IMG/VR virus record: IMGVR_UViG_3300022872_000001
Location: 128,171 to 192,170 of that record
Length of the DNA: 64,000 nt
From: a virus
Strand: one strand, 5' to 3'
The notes under the pieces were generated by a model, which had not been told where the DNA came from, ran no database searches, and saw only the letters and a program-made list of their open reading frames with translations. A program made the position numbers and the translations under genes. This document shows positions 47,501 to 55,747 of the stretch, piece by piece (position 1 is the first letter of the stretch; each line of letters opens with the position of its first letter).

Positions 47501-50500
47501 GATGATTTCCGAGATTTGTTGCTGTGCACCTGGTTTCCATTTCAGTACACGATTACCACTTACCTTTTCACCAAAGCGCTCATTAAAGGCGTCCCGGGAT
47601 CCAAAGAGAGTAGGATCTAGCATAGCAATCTGCAAAGCCAGGTCAGATGGCGAATCGTGAGCCATAGTACCAGACGCCAAGCGTTTCTTAGGAATATCTG
47701 CAATTAAAGCCATACAAGCCTTAGTACGGGCTGAATCATTTTTTACAGAATTGTGAACTAAACCTCCATTTACAGAGAATGACGGATGTCCGTCAATCTG
47801 GAGGTTATAAACTTTCGCACTTCCTTCGGACGATTGATAACTGCTTTGTTCGATACGCTTAACACTGTCCACCCTAAGGAATTTAGAAGTTTCTTCTTTT
47901 TTACATCTAAATGCCGTCGAGTTGACATATAGTGGGATGAGCCGTTCACTTCCAAGGCTAACCTTAGTTTCGGCCACGCAAAGTCCACTTTGTAGCAAGG
48001 AGGATACCCGGAGTCCCTTGGCTGTTTCGTAGGTATGGCCAGCTGAAATGTCGCTTTCGGAAACATGTTCATCACTAACTGTTCGCAAGGACTTATCGTC
48101 CCGTTGCCTCCTCGTTTCACAAATCCGTGACCTATTGCTAACAACGTCGAAGATACTTTCGCACGAGTCTTGGGATCCTTCATAGGATTGTTTACCTTCA
48201 TATACTGAGAGTTCCGAGCTCGACCTTCCTTGTAAATCTCTGGATTTTTCTTCTCTTTCTTCTTCTTGGTTTCCATACCCTTCGCATAATTCTCCGAGGT
48301 GTGAATCTTTGCTAGAATTTTTGGCTGAGACATCCTCCATTTCGCTGAGCAAGATGTCCCGCAGAACCTTTGATTCTTCGTTTTTAAATTCTTTTGAACA
48401 AATTCCTGTCGGCAATACTTGCACTTCATTTAATAACTCCTCAGCATAAATCTGACATACGATCTCATCACCTACAACCAGATCCTTAGCAAATATCCAT
48501 CCGCGTTTGGTAAAGAAAGGGTGTTTAGTAGTAGCAGATATAATCTTACCATTATATGCCACTTCAATAATATCCGTATTTAAGGGGAGTGCATGCGTTG
48601 CCTGCACCTTAGAAATACCTATAGCCGAATATATGGAATCCCCGACGTTGATATCCTCGATCTTACGAATTCCTGAGGGAGTGTCGACCTCTGTACCTGC
48701 TAAAAAACAATGACTCTCATCGAGCATCGAATAGCCGAATTTGAATTGACGTAAAAATTCAATAATCGGATAAACGTTTACATTGGTAGTACCATAACAT
48801 ACCTGTTGTTGCCTGTAACGCAGAACATCATAATCAGCAATAACAACGGTGTTACGAGGAGCTGACTGCAAGATTTTACCCAAACGCTCTAAACCATTCT
48901 TACGAACGGTATAGGTATTGATAGGAATGGCATTCAACTTACCATCGGTGAAGAATACGATTTCCTTAACGTACTGTGCAACCAGATGCGGAGGACACAG
49001 GATCAGGTAAGGTTCTGAGCGGTTGGCTTTAATCTCGTATAGGATATCGGTAATGGTTAATACCGATTTACCCCCACCTGCTTGAACAGGAAGAATTGCG
49101 AAGTCTGGCGAATCTTTCAATAGGTTACGCACCTTCTTTTGGTGCGGTAACATAATGTTCTCTTTGCGGAACAATGGAATAGATGGAATTTCCCAAGCGG
49201 CATCTACGGCTTGATTAATGGCTGCCTTACGAATTGTCTCATCCACAGCTTGGGTCTCTGGAAACTTAGGACCATACTTAGCAATGATCGTTAACCATGC
49301 CAAGTTAGAGGCAACGTGGGAAACCGAATACCTGGCATACACAGAATCCAACTGCGCGATAATCGCAGCTTGGGCATTTACACACCAGCGGGACAGACAC
49401 TGAAAAGCAGGATATTCCGAGTGCGGAGTAATATGGGTAAGATTCAGGATCGGATCCTCATCCATACGATCAATTACAGCTTTAACTGTGGCGAGATATT
49501 CGGTGAGACCATGAGTAGACGCTTTGATACTCTCGTAGGCTACCGGATCGAAAGCTTTAATAGCCTGGAGTTCGGCTTCGGTAGGTTCAACCGATTTACC
49601 AATACCTGCTGTTTCTGCCATCGGCAGGAAACGAGTAAACAGGGCAACAATATCCGTGTCACGCTTCATCATATTGATGATGTGAGGAGCCTGTGCTTTC
49701 TTGTACCTCACCAAGTCCAGTACCTTTAGCATACCTGTGGTCTGGGTGAATGCATACTTATTATTCACCCAATCGATCAGTACTGGCACGTTACGCGGTA
49801 AATGAGTTTCTTTGCTCAGAGTCTCCATGGTGCCCGTAGGATCCAAACGATGCAAGGCAAAGGAGTCATCGCCCTCGTATGAACCTGCTAAGCTAAACAG
49901 GTTCTCGTACTTACTGGTATTATCCAGTTTGTAGGGTAAATAAATAGGCATACCTGCAGGATCTATGGATAGGCCATACTCGTCTACCCGTGCGTCTTCC
50001 GACTCTACGGGAGGCAAGGTACGTGCAATCTTAGAGATTGGAAACGAAGACAGAGGATTGGAACCTTGTTGACCAAAACCAGAAGTAGTCCACTGTAACA
50101 TTAACGGATAGAGATCGATATTACGGATTTCCATCCAGTTAGTTGTGGTAAGCTGCTCTGCTTCTGCTTTGGTAATCTTAAAGGTAGCGAAGAAGACACC
50201 TCTATTAGCAGAGTGTTCAAAGGTGACGCTAACAAGGCAACTTTGGAGCGCAGCCAAACCTGCCGCATTCACATTACCCATTGAAGCTATTACCTTCTCC
50301 TTGGTGTAATGTACAGCACCTAAGGTATCAGGTGTTGACGGATTCTGAACGGTCTTTTCCATCAGATTATCAATTCCGAATTTATCCTGATCAGGATTAT
50401 CTTCAGACAGAACTCCTCGCGCCAACATTGCGGCAAGATTTTCTAAACCACCTGCGATGTTGTCGCTATTAACACTCCATAGTGGAACGGATACGGTAAA

Positions 50501-50785
50501 GTGCGGATCAGCGGCATCATTGATTTTCTGAAGACGGGTCAAGCCGGCAGGAGTTTTCTTATGGAAAACTTCCATCACCTTACGGATATCGCGCGCGTCA
50601 GTTCCGTATTTATCGGATTTAACAACCTCTGGAAATACGGAACCTAACCAAAACCGCTGCATAAACGCCATAGGTTTTTCACGGAAACCGCGGTTGTAGA
50701 CATAAAGGAAATTCTTCTTTAACTCTATACGAGGTAACTGAAGAGTTGCAGGCGCAACCAAGTTGGTAGTGACACGTAAAGTCAT
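44513..50785 (-). CDS. Large SNF2-family helicase with two cis inteins (about 1524 aa after splicing)
   Basis: MLPHQ, QAGGGKS, LILCP, LDESH|SVKN, LASGT, VLVFTNY, GLNLQ.ASRLVR|CETVWNPGTLEQGNSRVNR. Confidence 0.9.
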   Translation of the reverse strand: MTLRVTTNLVAPATLQLPRIELKKNFLYVYNRGFREKPMAFMQRFWLGSVFPEVVKSDKYGTDARDIRKVMEVFHKKTPAGLTRLQKINDAADPHFTVSVPLWSVNSDNIAGGLENLAAMLARGVLSEDNPDQDKFGIDNLMEKTVQNPSTPDTLGAVHYTKEKVIASMGNVNAAGLAALQSCLVSVTFEHSANRGVFFATFKITKAEAEQLTTTNWMEIRNIDLYPLMLQWTTSGFGQQGSNPLSSFPISKIARTLPPVESEDARVDEYGLSIDPAGMPIYLPYKLDNTSKYENLFSLAGSYEGDDSFALHRLDPTGTMETLSKETHLPRNVPVLIDWVNNKYAFTQTTGMLKVLDLVRYKKAQAPHIINMMKRDTDIVALFTRFLPMAETAGIGKSVEPTEAELQAIKAFDPVAYESIKASTHGLTEYLATVKAVIDRMDEDPILNLTHITPHSEYPAFQCLSRWCVNAQAAIIAQLDSVYARYSVSHVASNLAWLTIIAKYGPKFPETQAVDETIRKAAINQAVDAAWEIPSIPLFRKENIMLPHQKKVRNLLKDSPDFAILPVQAGGGKSVLTITDILYEIKANRSEPYLILCPPHLVAQYVKEIVFFTDGKLNAIPINTYTVRKNGLERLGKILQSAPRNTVVIADYDVLRYRQQQVCYGTTNVNVYPIIEFLRQFKFGYSMLDESHCFLAGTEVDTPSGIRKIEDINVGDSIYSAIGISKVQATHALPLNTDIIEVAYNGKIISATTKHPFFTKRGWIFAKDLVVGDEIVCQIYAEELLNEVQVLPTGICSKEFKNEESKVLRDILLSEMEDVSAKNSSKDSHLGELCEGYGNQEEEREEKSRDLQGRSSSELSVYEGKQSYEGSQDSCESIFDVVSNRSRICETRRQRDDKSLRTVSDEHVSESDISAGHTYETAKGLRVSSLLQSGLCVAETKVSLGSERLIPLYVNSTAFRCKKEETSKFLRVDSVKRIEQSSYQSSEGSAKVYNLQIDGHPSFSVNGGLVHNSVKNDSARTKACMALIADIPKKRLASGTMAHDSPSDLALQIAMLDPTLFGSRDAFNERFGEKVSGNRVLKWKPGAQQQISEIIKTRVVVAGAMRKEWAALLPQAIEKFHRVDLTEAQREIYNLLFERTIEAIKEAAKTSPRLAEFINGGKSKVEPKGEGEEDPGDESADDEDADEDLAGILGPYLARLEQFITAPTSDELGDKVLKGEDRISPKVHKIHELIREHIEQQIPGKVLVFTNYTASAEEIYNLLPNDLKAKAILYVAADKIEAGAAFEHDESKQIMIGVEQSMNTGLNLQHASRLVRCFPGQTPVLIDYDKSLTIKEIVDNPDIKYVLSYDLENKRIEKRRILTRWKTPVQPDDEYVSVTVEDSITGQRSSIVSTSVHPFILKGGEEVLAANLKKGQKLITYGGDFTRFKVDVNSEVIPYDSVGDWSCPKCDFIDHPNTKHNHLYESHGILSNKSKQVMANRKKAALEASNDTVRKGKARLESFINNHYLKVIHVQRNRNVNTIGKYRYDLEVEGNHNYFAVTTHNQGGRSGYVPITPVLVHNCETVWNPGTLEQGNSRVNRPELKKESRRTKIYFDWVMADRTIDITKISRLISKLIANAKFENADNTTYESIPDVPVMKMTLDTVQEHNDWGNPDDLDSNSTLAIYGNAYSEYRQCLYDDYKEYREIHGDLKIETVEIAPVPKDARLMHTVPYTPGLEIYGTDQLGLVRMDDYLRLDALEGDEEEDQSPEDAKATEQESFKRIKEELSGQVVHTEFGEGTIRAFDMKARFVKVDLPSGFIWVKFSSTFLITRKDTSTNDIRTQILKGTGDLPIDAPVDHPAVAVVQDAKNVRLQKQQELDKLKKDKVKQKKDLEKAMSVELALSVINGFLSLSYFIDEKNSAASNALQSLGFTIAQQFYYAPITNAQRLEKQLKLWAEKGFMPDPKMKELKEAFGAVHTMLQKGKSTPNLIYKFASVGQLRNFYRVEQKPSSDPKIIKPYPLLENGHAYLVLPAHGQAGTNKAIRAKAPGIKWALSEPVLMYFGLTMPKLIAIANKIKEAGIQVSNEKDLNKMYNKLRRTKLRDVSEEM
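46100..46837 (-). mobile_element. Cis intein 2 (246 aa), no nuclease, C2H2-like insert
   Basis: CFPGQT...TSVHPF...YDLEVEGNHNYF...VLVHN|C; central CPKC-x10-H-x4-H. Confidence 0.9.
47750..48709 (-). mobile_element. Cis intein 1 (320 aa) in the DEAH motif
   Basis: CFLAGT...ATTKHPF...VYNLQIDGHPSFSVNGGLVHN|S. Confidence 0.92.
47770..48429 (-). CDS. Nested out-of-frame DUF559/Vsr-like endonuclease inside intein 1
   Basis: CKYC..FCGTSCS Zn motif, NUMOD3-like NPMKDPKTRAKVS, YKVDFAWPKLRLALEVNGSSH...D..K..LL..LGWTVL; SD GAGGAG 7 nt before ATG; shifted by one base from the helicase frame. Confidence 0.88.
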   Translation of the reverse strand: MKCKYCRQEFVQKNLKTKNQRFCGTSCSAKWRMSQPKILAKIHTSENYAKGMETKKKKEKKNPEIYKEGRARNSQYMKVNNPMKDPKTRAKVSSTLLAIGHGFVKRGGNGTISPCEQLVMNMFPKATFQLAIPTKQPRDSGYPPCYKVDFAWPKLRLALEVNGSSHYMSTRRHLDVKKKKLLNSLGWTVLSVSNKAVINRPKEVRKFITSRLTDIRHSL

Positions 50786-50932
50786 TATTTACCTTCCTAA
50801 GGAATAGATTTGTGTCGGTCGAAGATGACGTAAAATGCTGCGAAAATATCGTAGACGCCATAAAATTGCGGATATTGATAATCATTCAATAACGCTACAT
50901 TAGAGTAAGAGTGGAAATACAAGAGAAAAGGA

Positions 50933-50968
50933 GAGAGAGCGATAACCAATTAAGATTATCGCGCTCTC
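50933..50968 (-). terminator. Probable terminator hairpin
   Basis: GAGAGC-GATAA...TTATC-GC-GCTCTC; pyrimidine/U tract follows on minus. Confidence 0.5.
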
Positions 50969-50972
50969 AGAA

Positions 50973-51680
50973 TTACAGCAATTTATGACTCAAGCCGTAG
51001 GGTCTTTGGGATTTCAAAACAGGCATCCAAAGGATATCCAGAATGAACCTTTCCAATTCCTGCTTACTCGGCAAAGGTTTATTAGGAATCTCTGGAAAGT
51101 AATCAACCACAATCTCGTAGCCTATATGCCAACGATCCGGAGATTTTGCTCCTTCGTTCTCTGCAAAGAAGGTAGCATTATCACCTAAAGGTTTGGACCA
51201 CCTACCGTCAATAGAACGGATTATATTAAAGCGAGGAAATGGCATACGTAGTAACCAGTCCGGGAAGGTAGGATCCTTAAGCCTAATCTGACCACTAACA
51301 CACAGAATAAATCCCGTAGGAGTCATCATCGCTGTACGATGAGTATTTCTTAAGGTTATCAAATCCAGTATTTTGGATCGATTGATGAACTTAACCACCG
51401 CGCGTCGAGCTTCCCTTAATCTTTCAACACATTCATCATTAGTGGTTTGATGGAAATCAGAGAAGGCATATCTTCCTGCCTGAGCGCACTCATTTACATA
51501 GGATTCAATCACCTTATCCCAATCCATTTGGGCATCTTTGGTAGGTTTAAAAACCTTTACGATGCTATCCCAGATATCTCGATTTTGGTGATTGAACATT
51601 ATAGGAAATCCTGCAGAAGTAGGACTCCGAGATTGCATCAGGATAGGAACGCCCAGACTGGATAAGTATGGGGTATCCAT
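50973..51680 (-). CDS. Hypothetical protein
   Basis: 235 aa; SD AAGGAG. Confidence 0.65.
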   Translation of the reverse strand: MDTPYLSSLGVPILMQSRSPTSAGFPIMFNHQNRDIWDSIVKVFKPTKDAQMDWDKVIESYVNECAQAGRYAFSDFHQTTNDECVERLREARRAVVKFINRSKILDLITLRNTHRTAMMTPTGFILCVSGQIRLKDPTFPDWLLRMPFPRFNIIRSIDGRWSKPLGDNATFFAENEGAKSPDRWHIGYEIVVDYFPEIPNKPLPSKQELERFILDILWMPVLKSQRPYGLSHKLL

Positions 51681-51683
51681 AGT

Positions 51684-52406
51684 TTAAATCTCCTTATCAA
51701 CAACACCATCATTGATCATTACACTATTATCACCAGTGCTAGTTCCATCGGAATCATCGGTGGATGGCAAACCGTCGTCATATTGCTCTTCCTGGAATCC
51801 GGTATCTGGATCATCAAGAGACAATTCGCCGTCATTGATAAGGATGTCATCCACAGGAATCTCATCTTCATCGTAGTCACCTTGGCGAACCTTTTGATCC
51901 TCGGAAATACCTACATCACCTTGGCCGCCGTTCTTTACTAAGGCTAAACCTGATTTAATTCGAGTAGAAGCCTGAATGCGGAAAGCGCCGACAAGGTTAG
52001 GCTCATCTAAATCCTCGGCTTCGATTTCCTCACCATCCACGGCTTCACCCAGCATCTCATAGGCTACGGATTCCAGTGTCGCAGGGTCTGTTCCTAGCGA
52101 TAATGCCAAGTGGTGAAACTGATCGTCAGATGGATCAGGATTCAATTGCAGGAAGATAGCAATCAATTCACGAATGGCTGCCTGCTTCTCTTCGCTACCA
52201 TCTACTGTGTTTGCTTCAATCACAGAAGCGCCGAGTTGTTTGATTTGTTTGCGCAGGGTATCAATGCGCTTCTGCTTCGGATCGTTAGCCGGAACACGGC
52301 CACCATTCAAGCCGACCTGATCCAACTCACGGGAAAGCTTCTTGACCTCTTCACGCAGTTGATTGATTTTCTCAGTCTTACCTGCTGCTGTAATTTCTTT
52401 ACTCAT
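51684..52406 (-). CDS. Acidic protein, putative internal head protein
   Basis: Start moved to ATG 52406 (SD GAGGA); MSKEITAAG; internal AFRIQASTRIKS copy of the leader. Confidence 0.65.
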   Translation of the reverse strand: MSKEITAAGKTEKINQLREEVKKLSRELDQVGLNGGRVPANDPKQKRIDTLRKQIKQLGASVIEANTVDGSEEKQAAIRELIAIFLQLNPDPSDDQFHHLALSLGTDPATLESVAYEMLGEAVDGEEIEAEDLDEPNLVGAFRIQASTRIKSGLALVKNGGQGDVGISEDQKVRQGDYDEDEIPVDDILINDGELSLDDPDTGFQEEQYDDGLPSTDDSDGTSTGDNSVMINDGVVDKEI

Positions 52407-52714
52407 ATTTTCCTCGCTCGATACATGTGATTGTGGCGGAGGTTGTGGCAATCTTCACATAGACATATCAGATTAGCCATGGTAGTTGTGCCACCGTCCC
52501 TAAGACTAATTATGTGGTGAACATCTTTGGCTTTCTTTAGGATACCTCGGCGTCTGCATGGAACACACTGGTTGTTATCCCTTTTACGAACAGCCGCGCT
52601 AATTTCCCACCAACCGTTTTTCTTGGACATACCTCCCACTGTATTATAGGTATGTCTCTGTATCTTCTTTACGCCATAAGAATTTGTGGACGATCGAGAT
52701 GTGCGTTTAAACAT
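52403..52714 (-). CDS. HNH endonuclease
   Basis: CVPC...DVHHIISLRDGGTTTMANLICLCEDCHNLRH; exact start uncertain. Confidence 0.85.
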   Translation of the reverse strand: MFKRTSRSSTNSYGVKKIQRHTYNTVGGMSKKNGWWEISAAVRKRDNNQCVPCRRRGILKKAKDVHHIISLRDGGTTTMANLICLCEDCHNLRHNHMYRARKI

Positions 52715-52716
52715 TA

Positions 52717-53181
52717 TTAGTGCCTTACTATGCGGCCTTTGTCGTCCTCAGCCACAAAGTTTTTATCCTTCTTCACACCGGCCTCCCATTCATCCTTGGT
52801 TTCAGACATCCATATTTCAGGAGTCTTCCAATAACCGTATGCACTTTGTTTCTTTGTATCCCCGTTCTGGACTTTGCGCCAACCTGGACTAGATTCACAC
52901 CGAAGGTTAGGTTTGAGTTTGAAGAGTTTCTGTAAGGTATCAACAAAGTCTTTCGTCACCTTATAACGTTGTTTCAACTTCATTCCTGCATTCTTCAATC
53001 CCTTGGATAGACCGTCCTTCTTCTCAGGTTTATCAGGTTTATCCATAGATTTTGAATTTTTCGCAAACTTTGAATTCGGGTGAAGCTCGATATATTCTTT
53101 TTGCTGTTCCTTACTAAGAGACTCGAACCATGAATTTTCTCCTGCCTGAATGCGCAATGCAGCTTCTATTTTAAGTATCAT
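52717..53181 (-). CDS. Small protein with KIEA..RI leader; paralog of 56453
   Basis: MILKIEAALRIQAGENSWFESLSKEQQKEYIELHPNSKFAK. Confidence 0.7.
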   Translation of the reverse strand: MILKIEAALRIQAGENSWFESLSKEQQKEYIELHPNSKFAKNSKSMDKPDKPEKKDGLSKGLKNAGMKLKQRYKVTKDFVDTLQKLFKLKPNLRCESSPGWRKVQNGDTKKQSAYGYWKTPEIWMSETKDEWEAGVKKDKNFVAEDDKGRIVRH

Positions 53182-53247
53182 CGTTTTCTCTTGGATTTAT
53201 TAAGGTACGGGAATCACTTGATTCCCGCTTCCTTATGAAATTGCTAG

Positions 53248-54072
53248 TTACGAGATAATTGCCTTAACCACACAGCTGGCGTTATCTCCGGCAGCAGGAG
53301 TACCTGCAATACCTTGTGCACTCAGAGTGATGTAGTACGTACCATAAGGTACAGCTTGGGATTGCATCGATTCCGGCAACAATAAATCCTTAAGGAAGGC
53401 GAAGGTGTAGGATTCGATGTTCTGAACTACCTGGTTGGTGATGCCTTCATTATCCGTGATATTGGTACCGGCAGGAGTCGATACCAAAGTGTTACCCGAC
53501 AAAGCGAAGGAGATTACAGGAGTAGTGGCACCTGTGGAGTCCAACGATGCGGTCAGTGTAACGTTGTAATCCGTTAATGGAAAACCAGGTAAGGACGCAA
53601 TCGAAAATGCAAATGTCCAGTTTTGGCCATTGTTAGGTGATAGACGCGGAAGATTATACACGCCATTGTTGGATAGTGGCATAGTGCCATCAAGTTTCCA
53701 TTTGATGGCAATACCTAATTGAATGTTTACACCGTTACCACACTGGAAATTAGAAACAGGATTGCCTGTTCCTAAATACATGTAACCAGTGGAAGGGTTA
53801 ATGGCCTCAGACCACAAGGTTACGTTAGGTAACTGAACTCCTGCTGAGAAGTTGTTGGCTACTGGAGCAGGTAACAACTGAGGGAAGGTAAGACCATACG
53901 CATCTGCGGCAGGATCAATTACCACACCTGCATTACCGGGACGGAAAGGGGTTTCCAGGAGATAGCGCTCGTACAATGCCATATCTGTGGACTGAAAATA
54001 TGTACCGGCACTCACAGGATAACCTGCGGCACTTAACGTTTGTTTGAGGCGGGTGTAATTAACGCTGTTCAT
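53248..54072 (-). CDS. Hypothetical beta-rich protein, possibly virion surface
   Basis: 274 aa; SD AGGAG; flanked by a hairpin at about 53219-53236. Confidence 0.6.
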   Translation of the reverse strand: MNSVNYTRLKQTLSAAGYPVSAGTYFQSTDMALYERYLLETPFRPGNAGVVIDPAADAYGLTFPQLLPAPVANNFSAGVQLPNVTLWSEAINPSTGYMYLGTGNPVSNFQCGNGVNIQLGIAIKWKLDGTMPLSNNGVYNLPRLSPNNGQNWTFAFSIASLPGFPLTDYNVTLTASLDSTGATTPVISFALSGNTLVSTPAGTNITDNEGITNQVVQNIESYTFAFLKDLLLPESMQSQAVPYGTYYITLSAQGIAGTPAAGDNASCVVKAIIS

Positions 54073-54097
54073 GTATAACTCCTAATTGATTGGATGA

Positions 54098-54496
54098 TTA
54101 ACCGTATTGCTTGCTGAATTCAAATAGAGCTTTCTTAGATTGTTCATCCAGCTCTTTATATTTAGGAAGTTTTTGAATTTGGGGGGTGAAACCAAAATAA
54201 TTATCTATCGCCCATTTAGCGTCACGACCTCGAGTAGGTACAAGACTCATATCCTTGGAATAGCCTATTTCAGGAATTCGCAGGATCATAGACAAACCGT
54301 AACGGCTGGAATTGGACTTCTCCAAGGTTACAGTAAGGCGTGTGTTACCTAAGGGCTTACTCCATTTCAGGTTATGATCACTACCCTTAGGAGCACCCAT
54401 AATCTTTGTTACTTCCTTGATCATGCCGTCTACATCGCTTTGTTCTGGACTTTCGGCTGACATAATGCGCTGCATCGCTTCAATTTTGAATATCAT
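54098..54496 (-). CDS. Small protein with KIEA..RI leader
   Basis: MIFKIEAMQRIMSAES; start moved to 54496 (SD AAGGA). Confidence 0.7.
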   Translation of the reverse strand: MIFKIEAMQRIMSAESPEQSDVDGMIKEVTKIMGAPKGSDHNLKWSKPLGNTRLTVTLEKSNSSRYGLSMILRIPEIGYSKDMSLVPTRGRDAKWAIDNYFGFTPQIQKLPKYKELDEQSKKALFEFSKQYG

Positions 54497-54506
54497 TGTT
54501 AATCCT

Positions 54507-55106
54507 TTATTTTGCGAAGAATACAAAGTCTTCTCCTACCAAACGTGTTATTGGTTTACCTTGAACAACAGGTATATTAGAACTATTCCATTCGAATGGA
54601 AATTCCTTATCGAAAGGGCAGCACCATAAACGAATCTTGAATTTCTTGGCTAAGGCTTTCCAGGTTCTAACAGCCATAGATCCCATATTAGGACTAGAGC
54701 ATAATCCCTTGAAGTATTTTATGGCTTGGCTATACATTAGGACGCCGTAACCTTTACCCCTGTAATCTTCCTTGATAAAGGATTCGTGCACTCTATGGAG
54801 TACACCAGGTATGTCCTGGTTATCTCTTACAATCTTAAGATAGCCTACAATCAATCCCTTGGTATATAGCATTAGCATATTCGTGGATGCCCCGGGAAAT
54901 AATAGAATATCTACGGGACCTGAGGATGTTATCTTTTGGCAATGCTCTGAATGGCTTGTGTATAAACCTTGCAGCTTTGTGCAGATATTAGATCCTGCAT
55001 CTGAGGGAATATTTTCACCCTCTTTAATGGGCTGACTATCGACCTCTTCCTCAGCCATTTCAATGGATGCTTGGATGCGTTTATACGCTTCAATCTTAAA
55101 AGCCAT
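54507..55106 (-). CDS. GNAT-fold protein with KIEA..RI leader
   Basis: MAFKIEAYKRIQAS; VHESFIKEDYRGKGYGVLMY (R-x-x-G-x-G motif A). Confidence 0.7.
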   Translation of the reverse strand: MAFKIEAYKRIQASIEMAEEEVDSQPIKEGENIPSDAGSNICTKLQGLYTSHSEHCQKITSSGPVDILLFPGASTNMLMLYTKGLIVGYLKIVRDNQDIPGVLHRVHESFIKEDYRGKGYGVLMYSQAIKYFKGLCSSPNMGSMAVRTWKALAKKFKIRLWCCPFDKEFPFEWNSSNIPVVQGKPITRLVGEDFVFFAK

Positions 55107-55116
55107 ATACTACCTC

Positions 55117-55467
55117 TTAATCGGGTTTATTTGCGTCTTTATCAATCTTGGATTGAAAGTATTTCTGAGCAACGGTATTAGCTACGTTGGTACCAGCCCA
55201 AATAGCCATGTAACCTGTGAAATAAAACTCAGTTAGTTTGTCACTCATGGTGAGATTAACGAAACCCCAAGTAGATACAAGTAAGGCAGTGAGTTGACCA
55301 ATCTTATATATGGAAGGCTGCTTGGTATCAGGATCGATAATCAGATAGCGCAGATCATAAGTATCCTTACGAACCTGTACCACGATTAAGGCGATCACAA
55401 AAATAGCCAGTACAAGAACCAGGGATATACCCATAGGATTCATGTGCTGAGTTAAATATTCGAACAT
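55117..55467 (-). CDS. Small 3-TM membrane protein (holin-like)
   Basis: Three hydrophobic segments, basic C-terminus; lacks the leader. Confidence 0.6.
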   Translation of the reverse strand: MFEYLTQHMNPMGISLVLVLAIFVIALIVVQVRKDTYDLRYLIIDPDTKQPSIYKIGQLTALLVSTWGFVNLTMSDKLTEFYFTGYMAIWAGTNVANTVAQKYFQSKIDKDANKPD

Positions 55468-55739
55468 TAGTTCACCTCTTTCTTTTCAATTGACCAGTGG
55501 TCAGGAGAAGGACGTTTAACATAAGGCGTTAGATCATCCCAACTAAAGGTCTGCTGTGAATCTGAAAACTTCACGGTTATGTAAGGTCCATCCACGGTTA
55601 CGAAGGAACGTGTAATCTCGCCAGTAGCAGGACCCTTATCGGTGAATTGATCACCCATGAATTCAATGGTATCTCCTACATCAGGAGATTGAACCTCTTT
55701 GGCCAGAATTCTTTTGTAAGCCTCTATTTTAAATACCAT
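55467..55739 (-). CDS. Small protein with KIEA..RI leader (SH3/KOW-like body)
   Basis: MVFKIEAYKRILAKEV; PDVGDTIEF..GEITR..YITVKF. Confidence 0.65.
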   Translation of the reverse strand: MVFKIEAYKRILAKEVQSPDVGDTIEFMGDQFTDKGPATGEITRSFVTVDGPYITVKFSDSQQTFSWDDLTPYVKRPSPDHWSIEKKEVN

Positions 55740-55747
55740 AGGAATCC

